DNA from: Methanomassiliicoccales archaeon UBA280
GTDB taxonomy: Archaea > Thermoplasmatota > Thermoplasmata > SG8-5
Assembly (NCBI GenBank): GCA_002499085.1
Contig: DAKD01000032.1
Span: 1,315 to 65,314 of the forward strand
Length of the DNA stretch: 64,000 nucleotides
Reading direction: 5' to 3'
Shown: in pieces, positions 1 through 8,779 of the stretch
Layout: the number at the start of each line of letters is the position of its first letter
Position numbering within the stretch: position 1 is the stretch's first letter
The notes under the pieces: generated by a model
Database searches by the model: none
Told to the model about the DNA's origin: nothing
Seen by the model: only the letters and a program-made list of their open reading frames with translations
Made by a program: the position numbers and the translations under genes

Positions 1-35
1 TTTCGCGCACGAAAATCCCCTATCAGCCGGGCGCT

Positions 36-188
36 CCAGCCAGTCTAAGCTATAGGCCCATGTTTGCGAATGATTTCTTGCCTATAGCTCGCTTGGCTGG
101 AGCTTGCTCCGAGACGGCGAAGCCGTCGAGGGACAGCCGAGCCCCGAAGGGGTTCGGCTAGGACCAGCCAGTCTAAGCTATAGGCCCA
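36..188. repeat. Local repeat cluster: 25-nt unit CCAGCCAGTCTAAGCTATAGGCCCA at 36-60 and 164-188, plus an imperfect inverted copy at 81-103 (long hairpin 33-56/81-103)
   Basis: Read directly. Arms of 10+9 complementary bp surround a 24-nt loop. Followed by small hairpins GACGGC-GAA-GCCGTC and GCCGAGCCCC-GAAG-GGGTTCGGC (113-158). Confidence 0.7.
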
Positions 189-299
189 TTAGAGCAGTTG
201 GCATACAGCTTATTCAATTTAAACATTGCCATAAGGCACATTCATCGGGAGTTGGATCGGCATTCTCAATCCATCAGCAGAGATCCGACGATGGCCCGT

Positions 300-428
300 C
301 TCCCGTTCTGACGGTTAAATCAGGGCCATGAATTGCCATCGATTTGATAGCAAGAGGTGAATGCGAGGACTGAATCCCATCAGCCAATAGCATTCGCCAT
401 GAATCAGCAACCCGATTCAAAATGATTC
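300..428. repeat. Dispersed ~130-bp intergenic repeat, copy 1 (copy 2 at 21384-21522)
   Basis: Shared blocks CTCCCG..TGACGG..AATCAGGGCCATGAA..AGCAAGAGGTGAATGCG.GGA.CTGAATCCC..AGCATTCGCCATGAAT..ATTCAAAA in the same order and orientation. Confidence 0.75.
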
Positions 429-474
429 AACCAGTGTTCGATAATTCCACCATGTTCGAAACAAAGAATTACCG

Positions 475-750
475 AAAAAAAGAGGGTGGTGTTATATGGC
501 ATAATTGCCTAGGTTGGACGAGAAAGATTTCCCTGGCATATTAATCCACAATCTTTCGAGCAAGCCGAATTTTCGAATGTAAATATATAAGGACTAAGAA
601 AACTCGGCGATGTCCCCAAACTAGCGGCTTTCTTCGATGTAAAGACGGAGTCTGTTTGGGGAGTTTAACAGCAACAACAGAACCACCCTCGCCTGGAAGC
701 AAATGATAAAAAAGAGGGTGGTGTTATTTGGCATAATTGCCTAGGTTGGA
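475..750. repeat. Direct repeat of a 43-bp unit AAAAAAGAGGGTGGTGTTAT(A/T)TGGCATAATTGCCTAGGTTGGA at 475-517 and 708-750
   Basis: Two copies with one mismatch, 233 bp apart, in a non-coding stretch. Each contains the small hairpin GGCA-TAAT-TGCC. Confidence 0.8.
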
Positions 751-1060
751 GAGAGTACACCACCCAAGTGGGGAAGAGTTTTCATCGTGATTTGCGAATG
801 TCCTTGGCTGGAGGTCACGTGTCCAGTGCACGGGAGGGAGGGTTCAGGCGTACATGGCGCTGAGCCAGGTTCTCAGGGATTCGTGGCCTGTCTCGCCGCG
901 GAGCCAGCATCTTAGGAGCTCGTGGTTCTGGCTTGTTTTCCCGTATTCCCTGAAGTTCCTGTACATCATTTTCTTTCCTTCCTATTGCCTGATAGGGGTT
1001 TCACAGTATATGTACATTAAGAAAAAGATTGTGAAAAGTTGTGAAATGTGCGGTTGAGGC

Positions 1061-1192
1061 CTACCTCTGAACCTCGACCTCGACCTTTCCTGTTCCGCCG
1101 CAGCCAGCGCACATATGCCCGTTCAGGGCATGACCCGAGCCCCCGCATGATCTGCAGGCTTGGATCTCTATCACGGTTACCAGTTTTACCAT
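1061..1192 (-). CDS. Small (43 aa) DnaJ-type zinc-finger protein; below the 60-aa cutoff of the ORF track
   Basis: Manual translation gives MVKLVTVIEIQACRSCGGSGHALNGHMCAGCGGTGKVEVEVQR, with two CxxCxGxG motifs. An A/T-rich TATA-like box (CATATACA on the coding strand) lies ~27 nt upstream of the ATG, consistent with a leaderless archaeal mRNA. Confidence 0.5.
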   Translation of the reverse strand: MVKLVTVIEIQACRSCGGSGHALNGHMCAGCGGTGKVEVEVQR

Positions 1193-1260
1193 GATGATGG
1201 AATTGGGTTTCAGTGTATATGAGGCTATTGAAAAGGGATGTGAAAGAATATGAAAAAAAC

Positions 1261-1683
1261 CTATGGATGCCTTGACATTTTCACATGCTCTATGCCGGCC
1301 TCCATGAACCTATCCCCCTCCGGAACGAAGCCCAGCCTGCGGTAGAAGGCCTCCGCCGATGTCTGGACATTGGCGTATACTGGCATGCCTTCGCCTGCCC
1401 TGCGCAACAGCCATTTCACAATCTCCCGCCCCAGGCCCTTCCCCCTGTAATCCCGGAGCACGGCCACTCTGCCCAGCTTCATGCCGTCGGGCATTTTCAC
1501 CAGCCGCCCTGTTCCGACAGGCTGGCCGTTCACCAGACAGAGCACATGTATTGCCTTGGAATCATATTCGTCCATCTCTATATCACTGGGCACGTTCTGT
1601 TCCCTGACGAAAACCTCGAGCCTGATGTGCTTGGCGGCTTCCAGGTCGAAACGGTCCTTTGCCTCCCTCAGGGCATGGTCCAT
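1261..1683 (-). CDS. GNAT family N-acetyltransferase
   Basis: Acetyl-CoA binding signature RGKGLGREIVKWLL and a GNAT-like beta-strand pattern. Start trimmed to the Met at 1683, because the 1740 start would run into the divergent hef upstream region. Confidence 0.8.
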   Translation of the reverse strand: MDHALREAKDRFDLEAAKHIRLEVFVREQNVPSDIEMDEYDSKAIHVLCLVNGQPVGTGRLVKMPDGMKLGRVAVLRDYRGKGLGREIVKWLLRRAGEGMPVYANVQTSAEAFYRRLGFVPEGDRFMEAGIEHVKMSRHP

Positions 1684-1789
1684 GCTCCCTTGACATGTGA
1701 GCGCGCATAAGAAAGTTGCTGTACTTTCGGCCATCCCCAAAACCTTCTTTATAAGATGCCTATTTACCGGCGTGTTTGTCAGTCATCAG

Positions 1790-4141
1790 ATGATTGTGCC
1801 GGATTCCCTGGAAGAGAGGCATTACCAGGTCGCCATAGCCGAGACCGCGTCCGGCATGTCCACGCTGGTTGTCCTGCCCACAGGGCTCGGGAAGACCATC
1901 ATCGCGGCGCTGGTCGTGGCCGAGACGCTGAGGACGAAGAAGGGCAAGATCCTGTTCCTCGCGCCCACCAAGCCGCTTGTGGAGCAGCATGCCAGGTTCC
2001 TCAGGAAGCATCTCATTGCCGAACCGCCTGCGGTCTTCACGGGGGAAACTGCCCCTGCGAAGCGCAGGCAGATGTGGGAGTCCAGCCAGATCGTTGCGGC
2101 CACCCCGCAGGTGATTTCCAATGACATTGTTTCCGGCCAGATTGACCTGAACGACGTGTCCCTCGTTGTGTTCGACGAGGCGCACAGGGCCGTGGGCGAT
2201 TACGCCTACGTATTCATCGGCGAGAGGTTCAGCAAGGTGAAAGGCGGCCTGGCCATGGGCATGACCGCGTCCCCAGGCAACGACCCGAACCACATTTTGG
2301 AAGTCTGCGGCAACCTGCGCATCCAGGCTGTGGAAATAAGGCATGAGTTCGACCCTGACGTCGTCAGATATGTCCATGACATCTACATCAAGTGGGTTGA
2401 GATTGACGTTCCGCCTGAGATGATGGCTGTGATCCAGCACCTGAAGAAGGCCCTGGACGAACAGGTGGTGAAGCTCAGGAAGGCCGGGTACCTGAAAAGG
2501 ACCGGGTTCGTCAGCATGAAGGACCTTCTCGCTGCCCAGCGCCAGGTCAGCGGGCAACTGCAGGCCTCAGGCAACCAGCCGTCGGCATTCCAGGCCGCGA
2601 CCTCGGTCGCGATTGCGATGAAGATAAACCATGCGCTGGAGCTTGCCGAGACCCAGGGAGTCGCGGCCCTGAAGGCCTATTTCGAGAGGCTGATCAAGGA
2701 TGCGGTGTCGAGGGGAGCCAGCCGGGCCTCGAAGGAGGCTATAGCCCTTCCCAAGGTCCAGCTTGCCATGAAGGCCGTTAACCTGCTTGAAGCCATATCT
2801 GTGGAATCGCCGAAGCTTGCCAGGGTGAAGAAGCTGGTGGTCGCGCAGCTGAACCAGAAGCCGGATGCCAGGATAATCGTGTTCACGCATTACAGGGACA
2901 CTGCGGAGCTTGTCTCGGGCGAACTGGCCAAGATAAGCATAGTCAAGCCTGCGAGATTCGTCGGCCAGGCGACCAAGGGCGCGGACAAGGGCATGAACCA
3001 GAAGAAGCAAGTGGATATCATCGACAGGTTCCAGGCAGGCGAGTTCAATGTGCTGGTGGCGACGAGCGTGGCCGAGGAGGGGCTTGACATCCCATCCACC
3101 GACCTTGTGATATTCTACGAGCCTGTTCCCTCGGAGATAAGGAGCATCCAGCGCCGGGGCAGGACAGGCAGGCACAGGACCGGGAAAGTATTCATCCTGG
3201 TTTCCAAGGGCACACGGGATGTGGCTTACCGATGGTCCGCGCATCACAAGGAACACAAGATGCACAGTGAGCTGGAGAAACTGAGAAAGGAGCTCCAGAA
3301 TGACCTGAAGGTGGGCGGCCCCACAGCCCCGAGCTTCGAGAGCGCGGCCGCCAGGATACTGGGGGCGGGACATCCCGCCGAACCGGAGGCCCAGGACAGG
3401 AGCCAGCGCACACTCGGGGAGTTTGCGCCCGGACCGAAGAAAGAGGATAGGCTGAAAATCATCGCAGACACCAGGGAGTTCAAGTCATCGGTAGTGAGGC
3501 ATCTCGCTGTCAGGGACATCATAGTGGAATCCAGGCAGCTGGACATAGGCGACTACCTTGTCTCGGAGCGCGTCGGCGTGGAGAGGAAGGAGGCTGTCGA
3601 TTTTGTGGCTTCTGTCATGGACGGGCGTCTGTTCCAGCAGGTCAAGGCCCTGAAGCGGGCTTACCAGTCGCCGCTGATCATCATCGAGGGGGACATCAGG
3701 TCCGGAAGGCTCTCGGCCGAATCAGTCCGCGGAACCCTGGCTTCGATCGCCGTGGACTTCGGGGTGCCGATAATGTTCACGGCCGACGATTCCGAGACTG
3801 CGGAGTTCCTCATAACGCTCGTCAAGAGGGAGGCACAGGAGGGCCGCACCCCGGGAATCAGGGGCGAGAAGGGCACGATGCTGGTCCAGGAAAGGCAGCA
3901 GTTCATACTAGAGGGGCTGCCCAATGTCTCGGGCGTGCTGGCCCAGAGGCTCCTGTCCCATTTCGGCAGCGTTCGCGCCGTCATGGAGGCCTCGGTGGAG
4001 CAGCTCCAGGAGGTCAAGGGCGTGGGCAAGGGCATAGCCAAGGGCATCAGGGAGACCATTGATGCGAAGTATTACTCCAAGGAGTCGGAGGAGAGTCCGA
4101 AGGAAAGAAAAGCAGCATCTCCGAATGAGATGGGGAGATAA
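1790..4141 (+). CDS. hef: Hef helicase/nuclease (FANCM/XPF-family: DEAH helicase + ERCC4 nuclease + HhH2)
   Basis: PTGLGKT Walker A, FDEAH, VATSVAEEGLDIP and QRRGRTGR helicase motifs. ERCC4 motif GDYLVSERVGVERK. C-terminal HhH repeats (LPNVSGVLAQRLL, VKGVGKGIAKGI). Start moved to the Met at 1790. Confidence 0.93.
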   Translation: MIVPDSLEERHYQVAIAETASGMSTLVVLPTGLGKTIIAALVVAETLRTKKGKILFLAPTKPLVEQHARFLRKHLIAEPPAVFTGETAPAKRRQMWESSQIVAATPQVISNDIVSGQIDLNDVSLVVFDEAHRAVGDYAYVFIGERFSKVKGGLAMGMTASPGNDPNHILEVCGNLRIQAVEIRHEFDPDVVRYVHDIYIKWVEIDVPPEMMAVIQHLKKALDEQVVKLRKAGYLKRTGFVSMKDLLAAQRQVSGQLQASGNQPSAFQAATSVAIAMKINHALELAETQGVAALKAYFERLIKDAVSRGASRASKEAIALPKVQLAMKAVNLLEAISVESPKLARVKKLVVAQLNQKPDARIIVFTHYRDTAELVSGELAKISIVKPARFVGQATKGADKGMNQKKQVDIIDRFQAGEFNVLVATSVAEEGLDIPSTDLVIFYEPVPSEIRSIQRRGRTGRHRTGKVFILVSKGTRDVAYRWSAHHKEHKMHSELEKLRKELQNDLKVGGPTAPSFESAAARILGAGHPAEPEAQDRSQRTLGEFAPGPKKEDRLKIIADTREFKSSVVRHLAVRDIIVESRQLDIGDYLVSERVGVERKEAVDFVASVMDGRLFQQVKALKRAYQSPLIIIEGDIRSGRLSAESVRGTLASIAVDFGVPIMFTADDSETAEFLITLVKREAQEGRTPGIRGEKGTMLVQERQQFILEGLPNVSGVLAQRLLSHFGSVRAVMEASVEQLQEVKGVGKGIAKGIRETIDAKYYSKESEESPKERKAASPNEMGR

Positions 4142-4144
4142 AAA

Positions 4145-5179
4145 ATGTTGGCACTGAGCGTGCCCAGCAGGAATGCAGAGGCTGTGCGCCTGCTCATGAC
4201 AGAGCACGGCATGCTTGACAAGCATCACAGGATATTCAGTTCCGGAGGCATCACAGAGATTCCGGCGCTGGCCATGCCCCTTCCCCCGCTGATGGACGAA
4301 CTGGGGAAGCTCGGCGCGGGCATCATCGACTCGCGGGATTACGAGTGGCGCGAGACATTCAAGGACCCATTCAGGGACATACTGGCAGACATCGGGATCC
4401 CCGAAGCCCTGAAGAAGAAACTTCCGAAGAGATGGGAGCAGCTGGGCCGTGTCCTTGTGCTGAAGCTCCCCAAGGAGCTGGAGCCCAGGAAAGGGGAAGT
4501 GGCGAGGGCCTATGCCAAGGTCCTGGAGGCAGACACAGTCCTGCGGGACACCGGAGGCATCAGGGGAAAGTACAGGGAGCCGGTCATGGAGCTGCTCCTG
4601 GGCAGGAACACGGAAACCATCCACGTGGAGAACCAAGTGAGATTCTCGCTTGACGCTGCCAGGCTCATGTTCTCATCCGGGAATGTGGACGAGCGCATAA
4701 GGATGGCCTCTGTGCCGAAGCCCGGGGAGATTGTCGTCGACATGTTCGCCGGAATCGGTTACTTCTCGGTCCCGATGGCGGTGCATTCCAAGCCAGCGAG
4801 GATAATTTCACATGAATTGAATCCGCTGGCTTTCGAATACCTGAAGAAGAACATCGCCCTGAACAATGTGGGGGATAGGATAACACCTGTCCTTGGGAAT
4901 TGCCTGGACGCCGAGGAAAATATCGCGGACCGGGTGGTGATGGGATATGTCCACACGACACACGAGTACCTGCCCAAGGCCATGAGAATTCTCCGGGGAA
5001 AGGGAATCATCCATTACCATGAGACATGCCCGAACAGGCTCCTCCCCAAAAGGCCGCGGGAGAGGGTGAGGGAGGCAGCGAGGGATGCGGGGAAGGAAGC
5101 CGAGATACTGGGGATGGTGAGGGTGAAGTCTTATGCGCCGGGAGTGGAGCATGTGGTGGTGGACGCAGAGATTTATTAA
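4145..5179 (+). CDS. Trm5/Tyw2 (Met-10+) family tRNA methyltransferase
   Basis: AdoMet-binding block VVDMFAGIGYFSVP followed by HELNP. Size and layout are typical of archaeal Trm5/Taw2. Confidence 0.8.
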   Translation: MLALSVPSRNAEAVRLLMTEHGMLDKHHRIFSSGGITEIPALAMPLPPLMDELGKLGAGIIDSRDYEWRETFKDPFRDILADIGIPEALKKKLPKRWEQLGRVLVLKLPKELEPRKGEVARAYAKVLEADTVLRDTGGIRGKYREPVMELLLGRNTETIHVENQVRFSLDAARLMFSSGNVDERIRMASVPKPGEIVVDMFAGIGYFSVPMAVHSKPARIISHELNPLAFEYLKKNIALNNVGDRITPVLGNCLDAEENIADRVVMGYVHTTHEYLPKAMRILRGKGIIHYHETCPNRLLPKRPRERVREAARDAGKEAEILGMVRVKSYAPGVEHVVVDAEIY

Positions 5180-5224
5180 TACTTCACTCAGGATTACCGC
5201 TCAGCAATAGAATATGGAGGAAGA

Positions 5225-6490
5225 ATGCGTAGAATACTCTATTCAACATTATACTTGTGCGCAATTTTCGTTCTGTTGACAAGCCAGTCCGGAACACCTC
5301 TGGGCTTAGAAACCAAAGGTGTGCCCTGTTATCGATTGAACCCGCAGCATACTGGCCAGAGCCCATATGATACAACCCATACGAATGGGGATGTATTATG
5401 GTCATATACCACCCCCAATGGCAATATTTATTCGCATCCAGTAATCACCACGGAAGGAAATCTTCTTTTCTTTTCATCCGACGGATGGCTATACTCCATC
5501 AATAAAAATGGCCAACAAAACTGGCAATATTTCACTGGGAGCGGTTCTGAACTTTGTGGTCCCGCAATTGGGGACGACGGGACAATATACTGTGGTGGTT
5601 CAAATAACACATTCTATGCATTGAATTCAAACGGTACTTTAAAGTGGAGTTATTCAGTGAATCTAACTTTAGCCACCACATTCCTGGCACCAATCCTTGA
5701 TGAGAATAACATTCTCTATACGGTATCTATATCAGATCATCTTCTCTATGCATTAGATTCCAATGGTAGTTTTTTATGGTCCCACAATATTGGAAATTTA
5801 CCAAAAATACCGTTCCCTCCCGTATTAAGTAATAATGGTGTGATATATGCAAGTGGAGGAGACGGTTTATTCGCCTTCTCTCCAAACGGTACTCAATTAT
5901 GGAATATATATCTTGGATTTTATGGGGGAAAGCAAGTATCCATCAGCTCAAGTGGGAACATATATTTAACCGCAGGCAATTTCCATTTGTATTCAATATA
6001 TCCAAATGGGACAATAGCTTGGTCATATATTATTCATGATTTAGCCAATGGTTCTCCCGCCATTAGTGACGATGGACTTGTATATACCGTCGCACAAGAT
6101 TATGGGCGGATATACATCTCGAATCTTGACGGTTCAAATTTAATTAATTGGACAATCAATGATTATATTTTGTCGCCAATTACAATTAGTAAAGAAGGTA
6201 CACTCTACTTTTCCTCTCGAGATTATTGGGGAAATTGCACAATTCACGCATTGAATCAGGATGGGACGGTAAAATGGGAATATCAGGTTGATGGAATCAG
6301 GTTGACATCATCCCCTGCTGTAATAGGAGAGGATGGTACGGTTTATATCACGATTGAGGATACAATGTACGCATTTAGCAATGAAGATTCCAATAGCCTT
6401 ATCCCATTGGTTGTCACTTGCATATTTGTAATGACTGTCGTTTATTTTATAATCTTCCACGTTATTCGCAAAATGAAAAAAGAGATTTGA
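5225..6490 (+). CDS. Secreted PQQ-like beta-propeller repeat protein with C-terminal membrane anchor
   Basis: Signal-peptide-like N-terminus. Repeated ~40-aa blades (G.LYA.d.NG...W.Y). C-terminal hydrophobic helix plus KMKKEI tail. Many N-x-S/T sequons. The gene is visibly AT-rich relative to its neighbours. Confidence 0.8.
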   Translation: MRRILYSTLYLCAIFVLLTSQSGTPLGLETKGVPCYRLNPQHTGQSPYDTTHTNGDVLWSYTTPNGNIYSHPVITTEGNLLFFSSDGWLYSINKNGQQNWQYFTGSGSELCGPAIGDDGTIYCGGSNNTFYALNSNGTLKWSYSVNLTLATTFLAPILDENNILYTVSISDHLLYALDSNGSFLWSHNIGNLPKIPFPPVLSNNGVIYASGGDGLFAFSPNGTQLWNIYLGFYGGKQVSISSSGNIYLTAGNFHLYSIYPNGTIAWSYIIHDLANGSPAISDDGLVYTVAQDYGRIYISNLDGSNLINWTINDYILSPITISKEGTLYFSSRDYWGNCTIHALNQDGTVKWEYQVDGIRLTSSPAVIGEDGTVYITIEDTMYAFSNEDSNSLIPLVVTCIFVMTVVYFIIFHVIRKMKKEI

Positions 6491-6621
6491 TTGTCGAGCA
6501 GACTGAGATGAGGTTTCTTTTTAAGGCCACATTATTCTTTGCTGAAACGAAACATGCGGAGAAAATTTCCTCAAAGAAAAAAAACGGGGGTGGAGCATGT
6601 CGTCATTGACGCCCGGATATC

Positions 6622-7269
6622 CTAGGCCTTTGAAGCCATCATCACAATCGACTCCCTCGGATATATCTGGCCTTCATGTCTCACTTTCCTCTCGATAATC
6701 TGGAAATGCCTGACAGAAAGTCCGGCGCCCTTGACCAACGAGTCAAGTTCCTGCCCGAGATAGAACCTCCAGACAAGGCCTTCTTCCCTGAGATAGGTGC
6801 GCGGGAATATCTCGGAGCCCTTGCCCGACCGCATGTCCGCCGGGGAAAAGACCTCGATGAGGACCATGCCCCTGGGCGCAAGAACCCTGGCCGTCTCCTT
6901 CAGAATGGCTTGGTCGTCGCCCGGGATAGCATGTGTGAGCACGTGCCTGGAGACGACAGCCGAGAACGAGTTGTCCCTGAAGGGAAGGTTCCTGGCATCG
7001 CCGACCACCCGATTGAACTTCGGATCCTTCATGAGGAAAGTCCGGAATGATTCGCGGGAGATGTCCAGGCAGACAAGGTTCCTGCAGTGCCGTTCGATTT
7101 CCGAGGCAGTGTTTCCGTCCCCCGAACCGAGTTCCAGGACATTTCCTGCGAGGTCAAGGAATTCGGAGTAGGCTGATAGATCAAATCCTCCGCGCCACTG
7201 AGTTCCTTTTCGGGCATAGGATGTATCCCAGGCCAGAGGATAGGTCTTTCGGTCGAGTTCAGCGTTCAT
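6622..7269 (-). CDS. Class I SAM-dependent methyltransferase
   Basis: Motif I VLELGSGDGN and post-I LDIS. Typical length. Confidence 0.85.
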   Translation of the reverse strand: MNAELDRKTYPLAWDTSYARKGTQWRGGFDLSAYSEFLDLAGNVLELGSGDGNTASEIERHCRNLVCLDISRESFRTFLMKDPKFNRVVGDARNLPFRDNSFSAVVSRHVLTHAIPGDDQAILKETARVLAPRGMVLIEVFSPADMRSGKGSEIFPRTYLREEGLVWRFYLGQELDSLVKGAGLSVRHFQIIERKVRHEGQIYPRESIVMMASKA

Positions 7270-7336
7270 CGTTCACCGCCGTTCCCGGTTCCGAAGTATG
7301 TCCAAATGTCCCGAAGGGACTTTGGATGCAGGAAAA

Positions 7337-7399
7337 ACCGCGCCACTGGGTGCCCTTCCTGGCGTAGGACTCGTTCCAGGCCAAGGGATACCGTTTCAT
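7337..7399 (-). pseudogene. Duplicated, diverged 5' end of the methyltransferase gene 6622-7269
   Basis: The minus-strand translation MKRYPLAWNESYARKGTQWRG matches codons ~8-28 of the intact gene (RKTYPLAWDTSYARKGTQWRGG). Most nucleotide differences are synonymous. The frame then runs into a repeat hairpin and stops at the real ATG. Confidence 0.7.
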
Positions 7400-7757
7400 G
7401 TCCAACTTTTCCGGGGAACCGCCCATGCACCCAATAAGCTGCTCATACGATATATCAGTTCCTCCGGGAACAACCGACCTTCAACATCTCATCGAACTCA
7501 TGAGAAACGAAAAAAGATAGAGAGAGTCGTTCCCATGCCAGAGCCTTCAAATTCGTACCCCGGCCTCACGGCCGAGGCTTTTTGTGTTGAGCTGCCCTCA
7601 TGAACGCTTTGCGAAGGGGCACTAGCTCACAAAATGATGTGAAACCCTGGCCTTACAGCCAGGGCATGCCGCTCAAAGTCGACGAACATGGCGCCAGGTA
7701 AGGCGGGGCAGGGTTGCCCCTTCACATTATATCTGAATCAGAAGTTTGGATACTGGA

Positions 7758-7964
7758 TTAATCCAACCAAGCCCCGTCTTCCTTGTATTCCTGGTACAGG
7801 CGCACGCCAGTGAGGCAGAGCAGGAGGACGAACAGTATCAGCAGGAGTACAGGCCCTGCGGACCAGTCGCCCCTGAGAACAAGCAGTACTATTGAAACAG
7901 TCCAGAGGGCTGCGGCGGACACGCTGGCGATGCGCCCCTTCGGGTTCAGGAGTATGACTGTCAT
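7758..7964 (-). CDS. Small membrane protein (68 aa, two hydrophobic helices)
   Basis: ATGA start/stop overlap with the upstream methyltransferase (7961-7964). Hydrophobic segments AAALWTVSIVLLVL and GPVLLLILFVLLLCL. Confidence 0.6.
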   Translation of the reverse strand: MTVILLNPKGRIASVSAAALWTVSIVLLVLRGDWSAGPVLLLILFVLLLCLTGVRLYQEYKEDGAWLD

Positions 7965-8698
7965 GGGGCCTCCTTCTCCAGCACCATCGCATATATCCCG
8001 TCCTTGCCGTTGAAGTATTTCCTCACCTTCCAGCCCGTACCGGAAAGGATGGCCTCCAGCTCCTGCTTGGACACCATCAGGTAATCGAACCAGGGCGTGC
8101 AGTACCTCTGGTAGCGGACGCGTATCCTGACCTGGCCCGACATCCTGCCCCTAGCGCGGTTCCTTGCCTGGTACTCCAGATGGTAGTCCCTGTCAGTCTG
8201 GTAGACATCGATGGTCTCGGCGATTATGTAGGCGTCCGGCGATGTCATCCCGTGGAAACGGCGCAGCAGCGTCTTGGCCCTCCTGGGGTTGGCGAACAGC
8301 CCGAAGTTGTTGCCCAGCATCAGAATGGTGTCGAAAGTGCCCAGGCCCGGTTTAATCTCGAGAATGTCCATGAGCATTGTCTTCTTCAGGCCCTGCTCAC
8401 GGCAGCATTTCAGGGCCATGGGCGAGTTGTCGATGCCCAGGATGTCCAGGCCTTTCGACTGGAGGTACAGCGAGTGCCTGCCCCCGCCGCAGCCTATGTC
8501 GAGGACACGGCCTTTCGCATGGCGGACAGCCCTCTGCAGGTGCACTGGCCAGTCCCCGAATTTTGCGAGATATGACTTGGGGCCCTCGGACACGTCGATG
8601 TAGCCGTCGTCCCTCTCGACCACTTCCTCCACGTCGATTCCGTGGAAATAGTCGTACATGCCGTACCCGAACGCGTCCTGGTGATCCTTCAGGGGCAT
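7961..8698 (-). CDS. Class I SAM-dependent methyltransferase
   Basis: Motif I VLDIGCGGGRHSLYL, with downstream ILGIDNS and ILMLGNNFG. Confidence 0.85.
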   Translation of the reverse strand: MPLKDHQDAFGYGMYDYFHGIDVEEVVERDDGYIDVSEGPKSYLAKFGDWPVHLQRAVRHAKGRVLDIGCGGGRHSLYLQSKGLDILGIDNSPMALKCCREQGLKKTMLMDILEIKPGLGTFDTILMLGNNFGLFANPRRAKTLLRRFHGMTSPDAYIIAETIDVYQTDRDYHLEYQARNRARGRMSGQVRIRVRYQRYCTPWFDYLMVSKQELEAILSGTGWKVRKYFNGKDGIYAMVLEKEAP

Positions 8699-8779
8699 CT
8701 TACACCGGGAGTGAATTCCCTTTGCATTATTTAAACACGACCCTGAGGCTTCGGACCCTGGCTTCCGAGGGAGTGTCTC

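Noticed and set aside
854-1057. 67-aa ORF in the repeat-rich leader region; also 104-331, 15249-15500 and 61480-61878
   Set aside because: They have no motifs, odd composition, lie within dispersed repeats or scars, and have no plausible promoter or coupling.
1760-4636. Long antisense or alternative-frame ORFs inside hef and the Trm5-like gene (e.g. 1760-2557, 2567-3373, 3908-4636, all minus strand)
   Set aside because: These are low-complexity Arg/Pro/Gly/His-rich translations typical of shadow ORFs in GC-rich DNA. The sense strand carries unambiguous helicase, nuclease and methyltransferase motifs.
7628-7740. Possible C/D-box sRNA (ATGATGT ... CTGA)
   Set aside because: The spacing between box-like elements (~100 nt) is too long, and no C'/D' boxes or terminal stem were found.
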